Position numbers and translations under genes: made by a program. A DNA stretch of 63,866 nucleotides, counting the filler, from Octopus bimaculoides (lineage: Eukaryota), in the NCBI RefSeq assembly GCF_001194135.2. It is 5 parts of 5 records of this genome, joined end to end, with 100 filler letters (N's around TTAATTAATTAA, not from the genome) between each part and the next. Parts side by side here need not be neighbours in the genome. Positions count along the whole stretch, not along the records: positions 35,117 to 61,503 come from NC_068989.1; 4 more parts are not named here. The stretch is one strand, 5' to 3'. Numbering within the stretch: position 1 is the stretch's first letter; every line of letters starts with the position of its first letter. The notes beneath the pieces were generated by a model. The model was not told the origin of the DNA, did not search any database, and worked only from the letters and a program-made list of their open reading frames with translations. Shown here piece after piece: positions 40,701 to 52,468 of the stretch.

Positions 40701-41975
40701 AGGGTCAGAGAGATAGAGACAGGGAGATAAAGAAGTGAGGGGATTGAGAGATTTGTTTTAGGGAGGAATAAAAGATATAATTTTCACGGTAGTGGGTTAT
40801 GTGTAGGTTCCAGGATGGATTGAAGTTCATGAATAGTGTAGAAGAGAAGAGAGGATATAAAAGAGAGGGAATGGGTCATCGAATTAATCCGTATTTATTA
40901 GATAACATTTCTTTGTGCGAGGAGTGAGGTAAATGTTTCCTGTGGGGTACAGAGAACCGTGGTATATAAGATGTTGGTAACCACAACGTAGACTTCTATG
41001 AGTTGCCCAGTTTCAATGCATTGGCATCAATGGGTCTTTCGAAATCCTGTGTTCATTAAGCTACAAATTTGGCGAGGCATTACGATCGAGTTAGGAGCCC
41101 TTAAAGTACCTGGAGGTCCCATTCGTAAACATCTTTTTCCTCTTGTACGCTATAATGACACTACATGAGGCAGCACACTGGAGTTGTCACTGAATTTCCT
41201 ATCCCACAACCACTCCCCACTGTATGCCTTCATTTGATTTTTAATCAATTTAAATTTAGGAGTTCGTTCCCTTACCAGTCCTAATGAGAAATGTTTTTTT
41301 ACTTATTAACACAGATGTAATTTCGATCGATTAACATTTCTTCTATGATTCCCTATACTAATCATGTTAGTCCTCTCTTAACTACATTTTCTTATCAACA
41401 GAAGTGTTATTTTACTTGATTTATAAAGGTCTTCTTTAGTCCGCTATACTAATTATGTGAACTCACACTTAACTACTTGTTCTTCAAGCAGAAAACATCC
41501 CTTGGAAAATTTCCATTGTCATTGGCTGAAATGCTGAAGGGAAGTGTGTTCTCAAAAATGGTAAAATGCCATGCACACATACCTTGCGATATTTAGCCAG
41601 GCCCCTTTGTGGTCCAAGTTCAAATGAAGCTAGGATGATTTTTGCCTTCATCCTTCTGGGTTTCAGAAAATAAGTACCAGTCACGTAATGATTGAATATT
41701 GATTCGTAAATGTCTGGCTGAGTCAATGTGGGATTATAGGAAGAGATGAAGATAGAAAACGATAAACTGTATAAAGAGATAAAGGTTGTAACCTGATGCT
41801 TGCTAGGCCTTAATTATAGCAGTACGGTTAAGAAGTGTACTTTGCAACTACGTAGTTTCTGTTCCATCCCTAAGTCGCAGCACTTTGAGTAAGTGTCTTT
41901 TATCTAGTTTACTTTGGAAAAGGAATTTGATAGACTGTGTCGAAATCTCGTGACACACACACACATATATATATA

Positions 41976-42408
41976 TAACTGCTACGTTTGTTGAGTATAT
42001 AAACAGTTTGTCTGCTTGTTTCTCTGGAGACTGTCAGAATGATGAGAACCCAATAAGGCTCGAAAATCTATTTTGTTCATAATTTTTTCAGTCTGAGGAG
42101 AATTGGCTAGAATTTGCCCCGTTTATAATTATACCTTGGTACTATGTGGACTAAGATTCCCGTTGATAGGCCGCTGGTATTTATAATGTTAAACACTTTC
42201 GGTGTGCAAATTAGGGACTTCTTTATAGAGTAACTGCTGCATTTGTTGAGAATATAAACAGTCTGGCTGCTTGCTTCTCTGGAGACTGTCAGAATGATGT
42301 AGACGCCTCTGATGAGAACCTAATAAGGTTCGAAAATCGATTAAGGTTGTTCATCATCATTTTGTTCAGTCTGCGGAGAAATGGCTAAAATTTGCCCTGT
42401 TTATAATT
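41976..42408 (+). mobile_element. Partial tandem repeat (255-bp period, ~1.6 units) carrying hammerhead motifs; retrozyme/PLE pseudo-LTR type
   Basis: TAACTGCT anchors at 41976 and 42231; shared CTCTGGAGACTGTCAGAATGATG; copy 1 lacks the 15 nt TAGACGCCTCTGATG. Confidence 0.8.
42305..42347 (+). ncRNA. Minimal type I hammerhead ribozyme
   Basis: Stem I GCCT/AGGT; core CTGATGA (42309-42315); stem II GAACC/GGTTC with TAATAA loop; GAAA (42332-42335); palindromic stem III AATCGATT; UUA cleavage triplet (cut after 42343). Confidence 0.8.
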
Positions 42409-43514
42409 TTCCATTTGTTACATATATATAACACACGAGTAAGCGCATAAATGCAAAACAAAATGGGAAAAATAGTACTCGAATACCGAAGGTAAAGTAA
42501 TGTAATTTTATTAAAAGTATCTGTGTGTGTGTGTGTAACTTTAATTCAAATCTGTATCTTTACAGATCGATATTGTAAGGTTCGTATTACAAAAGCGGCA
42601 ACGTTAAACCAGAATAGAGATCTGCGAAGACGAGGCTTTGAATAAGAATGATTCCAAAGTACCATATCGTATTGAGTACTACGTAGCTTTATTTAATATA
42701 CTGCCGTATACGCATCTTCTACTTATATATGTATATACATCTGTGTGTGCTTGTGTATATGTGTTAGCGTGTGTATGTGTATTTTTCGCAGATATATCAA
42801 CGAATGCTGTCAATTGAAAAACATGCGCTTCTCGAACGAGGTCCTTTGAAATATCTGTTCTACACCGAATTACAGATACTCCTCAATCACTCTCACTGTT
42901 AAAAATATTCAATGGACCAATGAATCCCATCACCGACGCCGTCACTGTTAATAACATGTTATATAAAATAACCGAATAAATAAGTGTTGTTTATATAGCA
43001 TATCAACTAAATTTCATGAATAGAAGTCGATAGATAGAGAGATGGATTGATATTTATTTCCACTGTCAATAATATCACGTGAGAAAGTACAGTTGGATAT
43101 ATTAAGTTCCCGATTCATGTCGAATGCATTACATAATTCATTACGAATACTGACGTAAATAAAAAAAACAAAAAAAAAATAAAGTAGTAAAAATTTTCTA
43201 TACCAACCTCCTTACCTACCTACCTACCTACCTACCTACATTCATACATATATACGTGCATGCATATATTATATTCATATATTATACGTGGACACATAGA
43301 TATTTGACTATTGAAATGTTTGATTGTGATAATAAAAGAAGAATGTTTTTTTTATTAGGTTTTATCTGTCTTCCAGAACATTCTTGATGAAAAGGAAATG
43401 AGAAAAATATGGAGTTCAAAAAATATATTGATTCTGTAAAGTTTGCCGAGAAAGAATTAACAACAACAAAACAGCTACTATCATAGCAGCAGCAGCAGCA
43501 GCAACAACAACAAT

Positions 43515-44278
43515 TCTTCGTACTATAAGCATTAAAGCCAAAGCATTTCGAAGGAGGTCTAAGTCTATTACATGAATTCTAGTACTCAACTGGTACTTAT
43601 TTCATCTACCCCGAAAGAAGTAAAGGAAATTCGGCGGAATTTGAACACAAAATGTAAAACCGGAGGAAATGCCGCTAAGTATTATTTCTAACGTTTTAGC
43701 TATTCTGTCAGATCGCCACTTTATTTAAACCTTTCTACTAAAGGCACAAGGCCTGAAATTTTGGAGAAGGAGACTAGTCGATTACATCGAACCCAGTGTT
43801 TCACTGGTACTTAATTTTGCGACCCCGAAAGGATGAAAGGCAAAGTCGACCGCGGAGGAATTTGAACTCAGAACGTAAAGACGGACGAAATGTCGCTAAG
43901 CATTTTGCCCAGCGTGCTGACGAATCTGCCTACTCGCCGCCTAAATAACAATTTCAAATTTTGGCACAAGGCCAGCAGTTTCGGTGGATGGGATCAGTCG
44001 ATTACATCGACCCTGAAAGGAGTGAAATGCAAAGTCAACTTCGGCAGAAATTGAACTAAGAACGTATATACGGACGAAATGCCTCCAAACATTTGCCTAA
44101 TGTGATAACGTTTCTGCCAGCTTGACACTTTTCACCACCTAAATAATAATAACAATAATACTAATAAAGATTTCAAATTTTAGCATAAAGCCAGCAATTT
44201 TGGAGGAGGTGACAAGTCGATTACATCGACACCATTATTTGACTGGGTGATAAGCAAAGTCGACCACGACGGAATTTA
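43515..44278 (-). mobile_element. Head-to-tail cluster of four family B SINEs
   Basis: Copies at ~43515-43720, 43731-43942, 43950-44130 and 44170-44278 (last truncated), all on the minus strand. Confidence 0.85.
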
Positions 44279-45789
44279 GTAGCAATAATAATGATAATAA
44301 ACAAAATATTAAGATGTGGGTACGTCTATAATTTATGCAGCATCCATGAACGTATCTAGCAGTTTAGATGTTGCTAGCTAAGTAATAAGCATGGCGACAA
44401 ATTTCTGCGTCTGTTTGAATGTTGTGTCTTTATTAAGTTTCCATCTTGGCATATGTTATTGGAATTTACTTTTGTTTAGTGTATCTTAGAAAATTCTCAA
44501 GTTTAGTTTAATAGTAAAAATTAAATTTTCTTCAGTAATTAATTTGAAAGTTTGGAGTACGAGGTGACTGATCAAAGACTGAACGTAGATTACTTATATT
44601 TTAGTAAAATGTAAATGCAGTTAGATAAAAACGACATCTGAAGGAGACACAGAAGTGATAATTGGTGACAGACTCGAACCCACTCTTTCTTGATTTGAAC
44701 ACGATGACTAGCATATTTGTGGCTGTTCAGCCCCAGGCCATCTCTGGTTGAGCAGAATTGTTGTCAAAAGCGTTACAGGGGTAAATATGAAAACATTATT
44801 CAATGTAACCTTTTCTTTGTATAACTTGCTAAGGTGCAATTTGATTGAGATTTGACTGCTATTTCGATCTTAACATTAAAAAAAATTTTGATTCTATTCG
44901 TATGGCCTTTGTATTTATATAAGTCCACCGAATGCAAACAGGATTATCCTGTTTTCAAGCAGTTTAGCTAACTGTACAAGACTTTCCACAAAATGAGGCG
45001 TCACGTGGTGGCGCTGGTAATCATATTCAAAAAGTGACAGTGTGTCTTGTTTAACACAAAGCGCGACGGGTCACGATCGTGGCCCAGATAGATGCATTTA
45101 ATTTATGGGCGTTTGTTGGGGGTCTAATGTCACTCAAACGCTCCGATACCCCTCAGAATGCAAAAGGACTAATAGTTCAACTGACTTTTCAGATGATGTA
45201 AAACATGCCACCATTATATACTAAGATATTTGAACAATTTTTTGATTTTATGTGTGCACGGTAGTCTCATTTTCATAAAATGTGCTCAGCAGTCCATGCT
45301 ATATAAATGCAAATCCCAGCGCTTTATGGGTTAAGAACAGAGCGCGCTCGCCGATCCTTCTACCCTACCTACCCAAAGCCGAAACTATAACTTCACAACC
45401 TTAGGTCCTACACTTCTTGTCAGTAAGCCACATGTTTTCACAATACCTGCATTTACAATTTGAATATATAAATGTATTCAACTTTCAGTCTAAGATTAAT
45501 TATCAAATATTTAATTAAATTATAAAATTACTAAAGGCCAGACACGCTTACTACATTAAAATTGAATGCTTGTTTTCAATTTTAATTAATTTATATTTAG
45601 AAGCTGTATCCCACTGCATCTGTCTTGAACAGAATGAATTATTAGCCTAATGCTCTTCTTTTCTCCCCACTACAGCAGTAAAATTTAATTTATAAACCAT
45701 ATTTATTTTTAAAATATTCACTACATTAAGAATGTTAGGACCAAGTTAACGGTTGTATTATTGGTCTCTTAAAAAGGACGATTCGTTTG

Positions 45790-45970
45790 CTTTATTACTG
45801 GTTTCACACACTGGACTGCAGCTATACTGGGACATCACCATAAACGGTTTAGTCAGCCAAATTTACCCCAGTACTTATTCTATATCGGTCTTTTTGGCAG
45901 AACCGCTAGATAATGGGGACGTAAACACACCAACATCAGTTGTCAAACGATGGTGGGGGGACAAAGACAG

Positions 45971-46017
<47 letters not shown>

Positions 46018-46172
46018 ATAACAGGATTTCAGTTTCCATCTACCAAATCCACTCACAAGGCTTCGGTCGGCCCGAGGCTACAGAAGGAAACACTTGCCCA
46101 AGGTGCCATGCAGTGAGACTGCACCCGGAACCATGTGGTTGGGAAGCAAATTTCTTACCACACAGCCACGCC
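45790..46172 (-). mobile_element. SINE family A
   Basis: Reverse complement of 10179-10587, with internal (CA)n. Confidence 0.85.
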
Positions 46173-46599
46173 AGCACCTATGGATACTAAATTTTCAAAA
46201 GAATATTTATTACCTTAACGTTAAATTAAATAAAATGAAAACAATGACGTACATTCTTATTCTTAATACGTTTTGGTAGATACGAACGTGAGTATGCTAA
46301 CCGATGTTGTCTTTTGTCTACGGAGAACAATTTCTCCTGATTTCCCATTTGTATATCTCCTATAAATACTCATTCATTTACTTCTCATCTTCCTCTGCGG
46401 TTCTTTTTCTTTCACTATGTCTGCGTGTAATGTTCATTTATTCAATGTCTGTTACCAAGCATATTATGTGTACTCATCCTTCGCCTGTTATACTAGCTCT
46501 CTCCGTAAATATCTCTTTTACTTCCTCCCTCTCTCTAAACGATATAAAGTACGACTGGAGAAATCAACCAACATATTTGTTATTGATTTTAAATTCTGG

Positions 46600-46800
46600 C
46601 ATAATGCTAGCAGTTTTGGGGGAGGAGGCTAGTCGATTACATTGACCACAGTAATCAACTGATACTTATTTTATCGACCTTAAAAGGGTTAGAAATGGGA
46701 AAGTCGACCTCAGCGGAATTTGAACTCGGAACGTGAAGACGGACGAAATGCCATTAAGCATTTTGCCCGGCCTGCTAACGATTCTGCCAACTCTCTGCCT
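46600..46800 (-). mobile_element. SINE family B
   Basis: Reverse complement of the family B body and head. Confidence 0.8.
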
Positions 46801-48147
46801 TTGCAAATTTTAATGCTACAACTGTTTATATGAATTGTACTGTTTATAAGACTACTTTTGTCTTATCAAAATTGCATGTGTGTATGGGGTGGGAAGTAAA
46901 TGGGAATGGTGAACTTGTAAAGGTATGGTATACAGAAAAAGAAAGTTTAAAAAGCAGGATACTTGCTTTATTTTATCGACCCTGAATGAGGAAAGGCAAA
47001 GCTGACCTCAGCGGGATTTCAAATCAGAACGTAAAGAGTCGGAACAAATGCCGCTAATTATTTTTTCTGATGCTCTAATGTGTCTGCAAGCTCTTCTCCC
47101 AGATAACGTTAGAGGCAGAAGTATAACAAATAAAAACTGGATTATCTGATTGCTGACTTTAAATAAATTTTCAGTTACTTATTCCTGATAATCTTTAAAA
47201 TATCCGTTAATGCCTTCTCAAAGAATTCTCTATAAATCTTAAGCTAATTTTTATCCCTCTCTTCTCATAATTTGGAGAAAGGATGTTTAAGGCTACAAGT
47301 ATATGTATATTTAAACAAAGGAAAAAAGATCTGAACGTAAGATAGCACTTTGTTGAAATAGCTTCTCCATTCAGCCATAGGATTAACTGGCAATAAATTT
47401 AATGTTTTAAAAATATCTTTCTCAAACGGACATATTGGTTACCTTGATATATTACTTTCCTGTCTAGTTGCTCGATGTTCTGTAAAAGAATTACTATTAA
47501 TAAATATTCCATTAAAAGCTTTCGTTAATTTGCCACCAACGAAATCAAATAAATAAACAGACTTTTAATTATATATTTAGAATGCCAGATCAGACAGAGT
47601 AAATCTATGATCAAACATCTAACAGAGTACGCTTGCGATCAAAACCCAGATCTGACCATGAAGACATACGACAAAGATATTCTTAGTCATGACCGCCCTG
47701 CCGCTTTTAGTCAGTGCATTTAAGATTACATGTCAGAACATGTGTGCGTTTTAAATTAGTAGAGTTGATGTGAGGGAGATTTAGCCGCTGTTTTTAGATG
47801 ATCTGACTGATCGCAGAGAAGCCTCCTCCGTTTACTTAAGTAATTCAAGCTGGCTATTATATTTCTTATGTATTGTCTCTAATGCCATTTTCTAGAAACT
47901 AACTTCAGTTCAATCTAGCCGTGTATCTACCTATTGATTCGATTTTGTTTCGGAAATTAAATGAGTACACGACGTCAAGAACCCGCAAAAACGGTAAAAT
48001 GCGTTTTGGTCGCTCTCGGGACGTTTTCGTTTCGTTTAGTTCTGAATTATATTATGCTTCTTAATACGTCTAAAAACGGATTTACCCGGACGAAAATCGC
48101 AGCTTCTGGCATTTCAACTACACACATACGATAAGTATGTTATATTG

Positions 48148-48358
48148 GTTTCAAATTTTGGCACAAGGCCAGCAATTTCGGAGGAGGGGTAAGTCAATTA
48201 CATCGACCTCCAGTATTCAACTGGCAGTTATTTTGTCGAACTCAAAAGGATGAAAGGCAAAGGTAACCTTGGCGGAATTTGAACTCTCTGAAGACAGATG
48301 AAATGCCGCTAAGCATTTCGCCCGTAGTGGTAACGATTCTGTCTGCTCACCGCCCTTT
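48148..48358 (-). mobile_element. SINE family B with a perfect 16-bp target-site duplication
   Basis: TAAGTATGTTATATTG at 48132-48147 and 48359-48374. Confidence 0.9.
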
Positions 48359-48389
48359 TAAGTATGTTATATTGATGGAGTTTTTATTA

Positions 48390-49000
48390 TAGAGCTGCTT
48401 CCATTGCATAATTCAAATTTTATCTTCTTGCATTCACTGCAGCCAAAATCTCACATTTACTACAGGTTCATTAATGTATTCAGAGGAAAAATTGTTTTTT
48501 ACATCTTTCAAAAGCTCTGGTACCTTTTGATATTTTCGGTTGAGTAGATTGATATATGTGTACATCTAGGAGTGGATGAAGTGTGTTATCTTCTTTCTTT
48601 ATTCTTTTATATTCTCTGTAATCTCTATATTCCTTGAGTAAATACAGATATCAATCGTAGCTGAAGCTGATAGTAATTGGGTTTTTTCTGTCAGTGTTTA
48701 GAAAAGTTTATGATTTAAGTAATTTTTTTTTATATTGATTGGTTCATTGTTCAATTTCTCATAAAAAATTCTTAGCATAATTTTCACCGACGAGTGTAAC
48801 GATATGATTAGCAATAAGGAGATATATGGAAATTGAGGAATGGAGCAGTCCAAGTATTGAGTTAGATGAGGGAAGTATTAAAGATCAATACTACTTTTGA
48901 AGAGTTTAAGCTCCCCGTGTCTAGGTACTATACATTATCTGTTTAATTACCTTATTGTTTGACGCCCATTTTTAATGGGATCCGCATTTAGAGAGAGCAT
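48390..49000 (-). mobile_element. Possible very degenerate PLE reverse transcriptase fragment
   Basis: Minus frame contains EDKFELCNGSSS, resembling QKFGLAMGSPLS; many stops, weak. Confidence 0.25.
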
Positions 49001-49054
49001 GTGTATATATTTTAACTGTAACATAGGGTATTACTGATAGATAATATTAGTTTC

Positions 49055-49252
49055 AATTTATAGTACAAGGTCAGCAATTTTTAGGAGAAGATAAATCGAT
49101 TATATCGACTCCAGTGTTTAACAGGTACTTATTTTATCGATCTCAAAAGGCAAGGTCGGCCTCGGTGGAATTTGAACTCAAAACATAAAGACGGACGAAA
49201 TGCCGCTAAGCATTCTGTCCGGCGTATTCACGATTCTGCCAGCTTAGCGCCT
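49055..49252 (-). mobile_element. SINE family B
   Basis: Reverse complement of family B; imperfect flanking direct repeat TTACTGATAGATA. Confidence 0.85.
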
Positions 49253-49549
49253 TACTGATAGATAGTATTGGTTTGAACGGATACAAGCATAGCTGAATGG
49301 TTTAAGAAGTCCGCTTCATCTTCACATGGGTCCGGGTTCGTCCCCGTTGCATGGAATCTTGAGCAAGCGTAATTTTCAATAGCCTCAGGTCGACCTCTAC
49401 ATTGTGAATGAATTTCAACTAACGTAAATTGTGTAGGAACTATTCGAGTGAATTGGTACAGCCTTCTCACATACTGTGTAATGCTAATTCTGTCAGAAAA
49501 CTATATTAACGGTACACACTTCTGTGGAATACTCAGTCACTTATATGTT

Positions 49550-49609
49550 TTCATGTCTGTCCTTGTTTGTCCCCTCTATGTATCCTTGCATTAGGAAAAT
49601 AAAAAAAAT
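49550..49609 (+). mobile_element. 60-bp A-tailed retroposon remnant with a 17-bp TSD, inside a family C SINE
   Basis: TCAGTCACTTATATGTT at 49533-49549 and 49610-49626; the insert matches the reverse complement of ~7630-7688. Confidence 0.8.
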
Positions 49610-49940
49610 TCAGTCACTTATATGTTAACTCATGAAGAAGTAATCCAGTTGAACGAACAACTGAATCCTCATCGTCGAAACCGACGAATACTCAAAATAT
49701 TCAAGTGAAGGCAAAGCACTACAACCGGTGTTTAGCTTCAACTTTTATCAGAAGTCACAGGTGAGAAAAGATCTGGGCTTTACTGTACCTGGTAGCCTGT
49801 TGCATGTTGGTATGAGAGGTTGTAGATATTTACCTCAGTACTTGAATGATGCTTTATCTTATCGATCTCAGAAGGATGAAGGGTAAACTCGATCTGGATG
49901 GGATTTGAACTCAGAGCGTAATGAGTTAGAACAAATACTG

Positions 49941-50511
49941 GGATCTATTTTAAAACGGGGGCCACATTTTTCATTAATGTTTTACGTAGTGTTTTAGGTA
50001 CGGAAAGACTTTCAAACTTCGTATACTTATCTATTTTGTGTTATAGAACAGAAAAATATTTTTGTATTCGAATTATTTCTTGTAAAAAATTGTCTTATTT
50101 CGATAATTTCAGCCAATCACTGACAAGTATTCAGTTGTTTACATTTACTCCTTTGGCTGATTAAGCGGTGTAAAGCGTATCTAATCTCCATACCTTCGTT
50201 TTATTTGCTTTTTTCATTTTAAATTTGCTTTAACCCTAACCCTAACCCTAGGGTTAGGGTTAGGGTTAGGGTTAATTGTTTCAGAATCGTTTGTTTATGT
50301 AGTCGGCACTTAATGCATATCGGCTGAATGGACGTCAGTGATTGGTTGAAATTACAGAAATACGACAACTTTAACATGGAATAACTTATGGATTTCTTTT
50401 TTTAAAGAAGACTAAGAGAAAAAGATGTTTTATATGACACATTCTACCAGTGTTCCAAGTTTCAAAGTGTTTCGTTAATGAAAAATGTGGCCCCCGTTTT
50501 AAAAAAGATCC
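49941..50511. mobile_element. 571-bp MITE (Merlin-like) with a central telomeric-repeat palindrome, inserted in a SINE
   Basis: 37-bp TIRs, 36/37 identical (GGATCT.TTTTAAAACGGGGGCCACATTTTTCATTAA); 8-bp flanks AAATACTG / AGCTACTG; internal inverted block; (TAACCC)n-TA-(GGGTTA)n at 50230-50275. Confidence 0.85.
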
Positions 50512-51263
50512 AGCTACTGCAATAACACTTATATTGATTCTGCAAACTCGCCGTTTTACTCTGTCAATTTATGTATAAAACGTATTTTCTTCTCTACGAT
50601 AGTGACGTTATGTTGAAATTAGTATTCTGTGTTGCACAAAATCGAAATTTATTTACTTCAAAGTGAATAAATATTGCGGAGATAATTCTAGATTAAGGAA
50701 GCTTGTCATTAATATCGGTAAATTTAGATGCCAACTAAATTTAGATACCAACTATTTTCGGTATTTAACTCTTCATGAATATCTGTGATAAAGATATTTG
50801 TCTGTACAGCAACAAGAGAGAGGGAATATTATGTTTACGTCTTTGCAAAGCCATCAGTGTCAGAAGTGGAAAATGAAACCGACTTCAACCATTGTGAACT
50901 TGAATCTCGGTTTCATCTCATGCTGCCCTATGTTCAATGTATCTGCTATAGTTTTATTTTTAACCCGAGCCGACTGATTGGCCCAAGTGATACAAGCTGA
51001 AAGGACTTTGAGGCCGATCCGGCGACCCGATGAAACCAACATTTTGAACAGTAATAACCTATCATAAATTGTCTTTAAGTAGATATAATATAAAACTATA
51101 TAATATATAGTTTTACATACTAATAAAGTAGTTTTAGGCACTTTATCCTTTGTTTTCTACAAGCACCTATCAATTTCAATTTCAACAGAAAAAACTTTGG
51201 TCATTTTGGCTTCATATACCAAAACACCATGTGTCTGAAAAGTATTAAAATTGATGCTTATTA

Positions 51264-51477
51264 GGGCGGCGAGCTGGTAGAACCGTTAAAACGCTGGGCA
51301 AAATGTTTAGCGGCATTTCGTCCCTCTCTGCGTTCTGAGTTCAAATTCAACCGAAGTTGACTTTGCCTTTCATCCTTTCGGGGTCGATAAAATAAGTACC
51401 AGCTGAGCGCTGGAATCGATGTAATTGACTTATCCTCTCCCTCGAACTTGCTGGACTTGTGCCAAAATTTGAAACCA
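51264..51477 (+). mobile_element. SINE family B, full length
   Basis: GGCGGCGAGCTGG head to GCCAAAATTTGAAACC tail. Confidence 0.9.
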
Positions 51478-52402
51478 ACATTGACTTCTGTTGATAAAGA
51501 AACAAATAATTTCTTGTACTGAAGGGATCATAACCCATTAAATCCAGTTTCCTTCCTTCAAATTTCTCAGGCTTTTTATTGACTCCAGAAGGAATGAAAT
51601 GTAAAAGATGATCGGAGTGGATTTGAACCCCAAACATAGAGGTATACAACTAAATGTAGAAAATCAATTAGGTTATTCTTCAATTTTTACTTAATAACCC
51701 TTACTGTATCGACTATTAAATTGCAAAATCTACACACAAGACATACGAGATAAACCTAAAATGTAATCGATATATCTACAGCAGTATTATTTGAAACTGT
51801 TGTCGCTTAGGTAGCATGGTGACACATAAATTAAAGTTATTCGCATTATATCCTGATTTTAGCGTTTAAACAAAAAAAAAAACAAAAAAAAATTCTACAT
51901 TTTAATTTTCAATTACGCTAATTTATTTTAGTTTTGTTACCGTAAAGTGGTGGCGAGCTGAGAGGATTACATTGAAAAGGCAATTTTCTCTCGAAGCATT
52001 TTATTCCATTTACTTATCGCACTTACATTATTCTGGCAAATTTTATAACATAGAAAAGGATGCGCTTCCCAACACCATCTTACTTCTGACACTACATAAA
52101 TATGAAGCATTCAGTAGAGACTCATTGGTTAATTAAAAACCATTTAAATAATCTATTTTAATGAGTTTTCGAGTGAGAAATTAAAATATTCTCAGTTTGA
52201 CAGCTCTCGATATTTTCTTTTATAAGACGAAACAATTTTTCAAATTCAAGAAAGAATTCGCTGAATACATTACATATATTAAGTGCTTCTGAAATACGCA
52301 TAATCATCCCGTATTTTAGGGGAAGGAATACATGGGAAGTTGAGACATTCATACCTTTCCAAGGGTATTAATGGCATAAACAAAATGAATTAGAATCGAT
52401 CA

Positions 52403-52468
52403 ACAATCGAATCCTTGACGCAGTCTGAACTGACCGGTCAGTTCTGGCTGCGTCAAGGATTCGATTGT
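52403..52468. repeat. 66-bp loop-less palindrome
   Basis: 33-bp arms with 31/33 Watson-Crick pairs, centred on TGACC|GGTCA. Confidence 0.95.

Noticed and set aside
50230-50275. Chromosome end-to-end fusion scar
   Set aside because: Wrong orientation for a fusion, very short, and enclosed by MITE TIRs.
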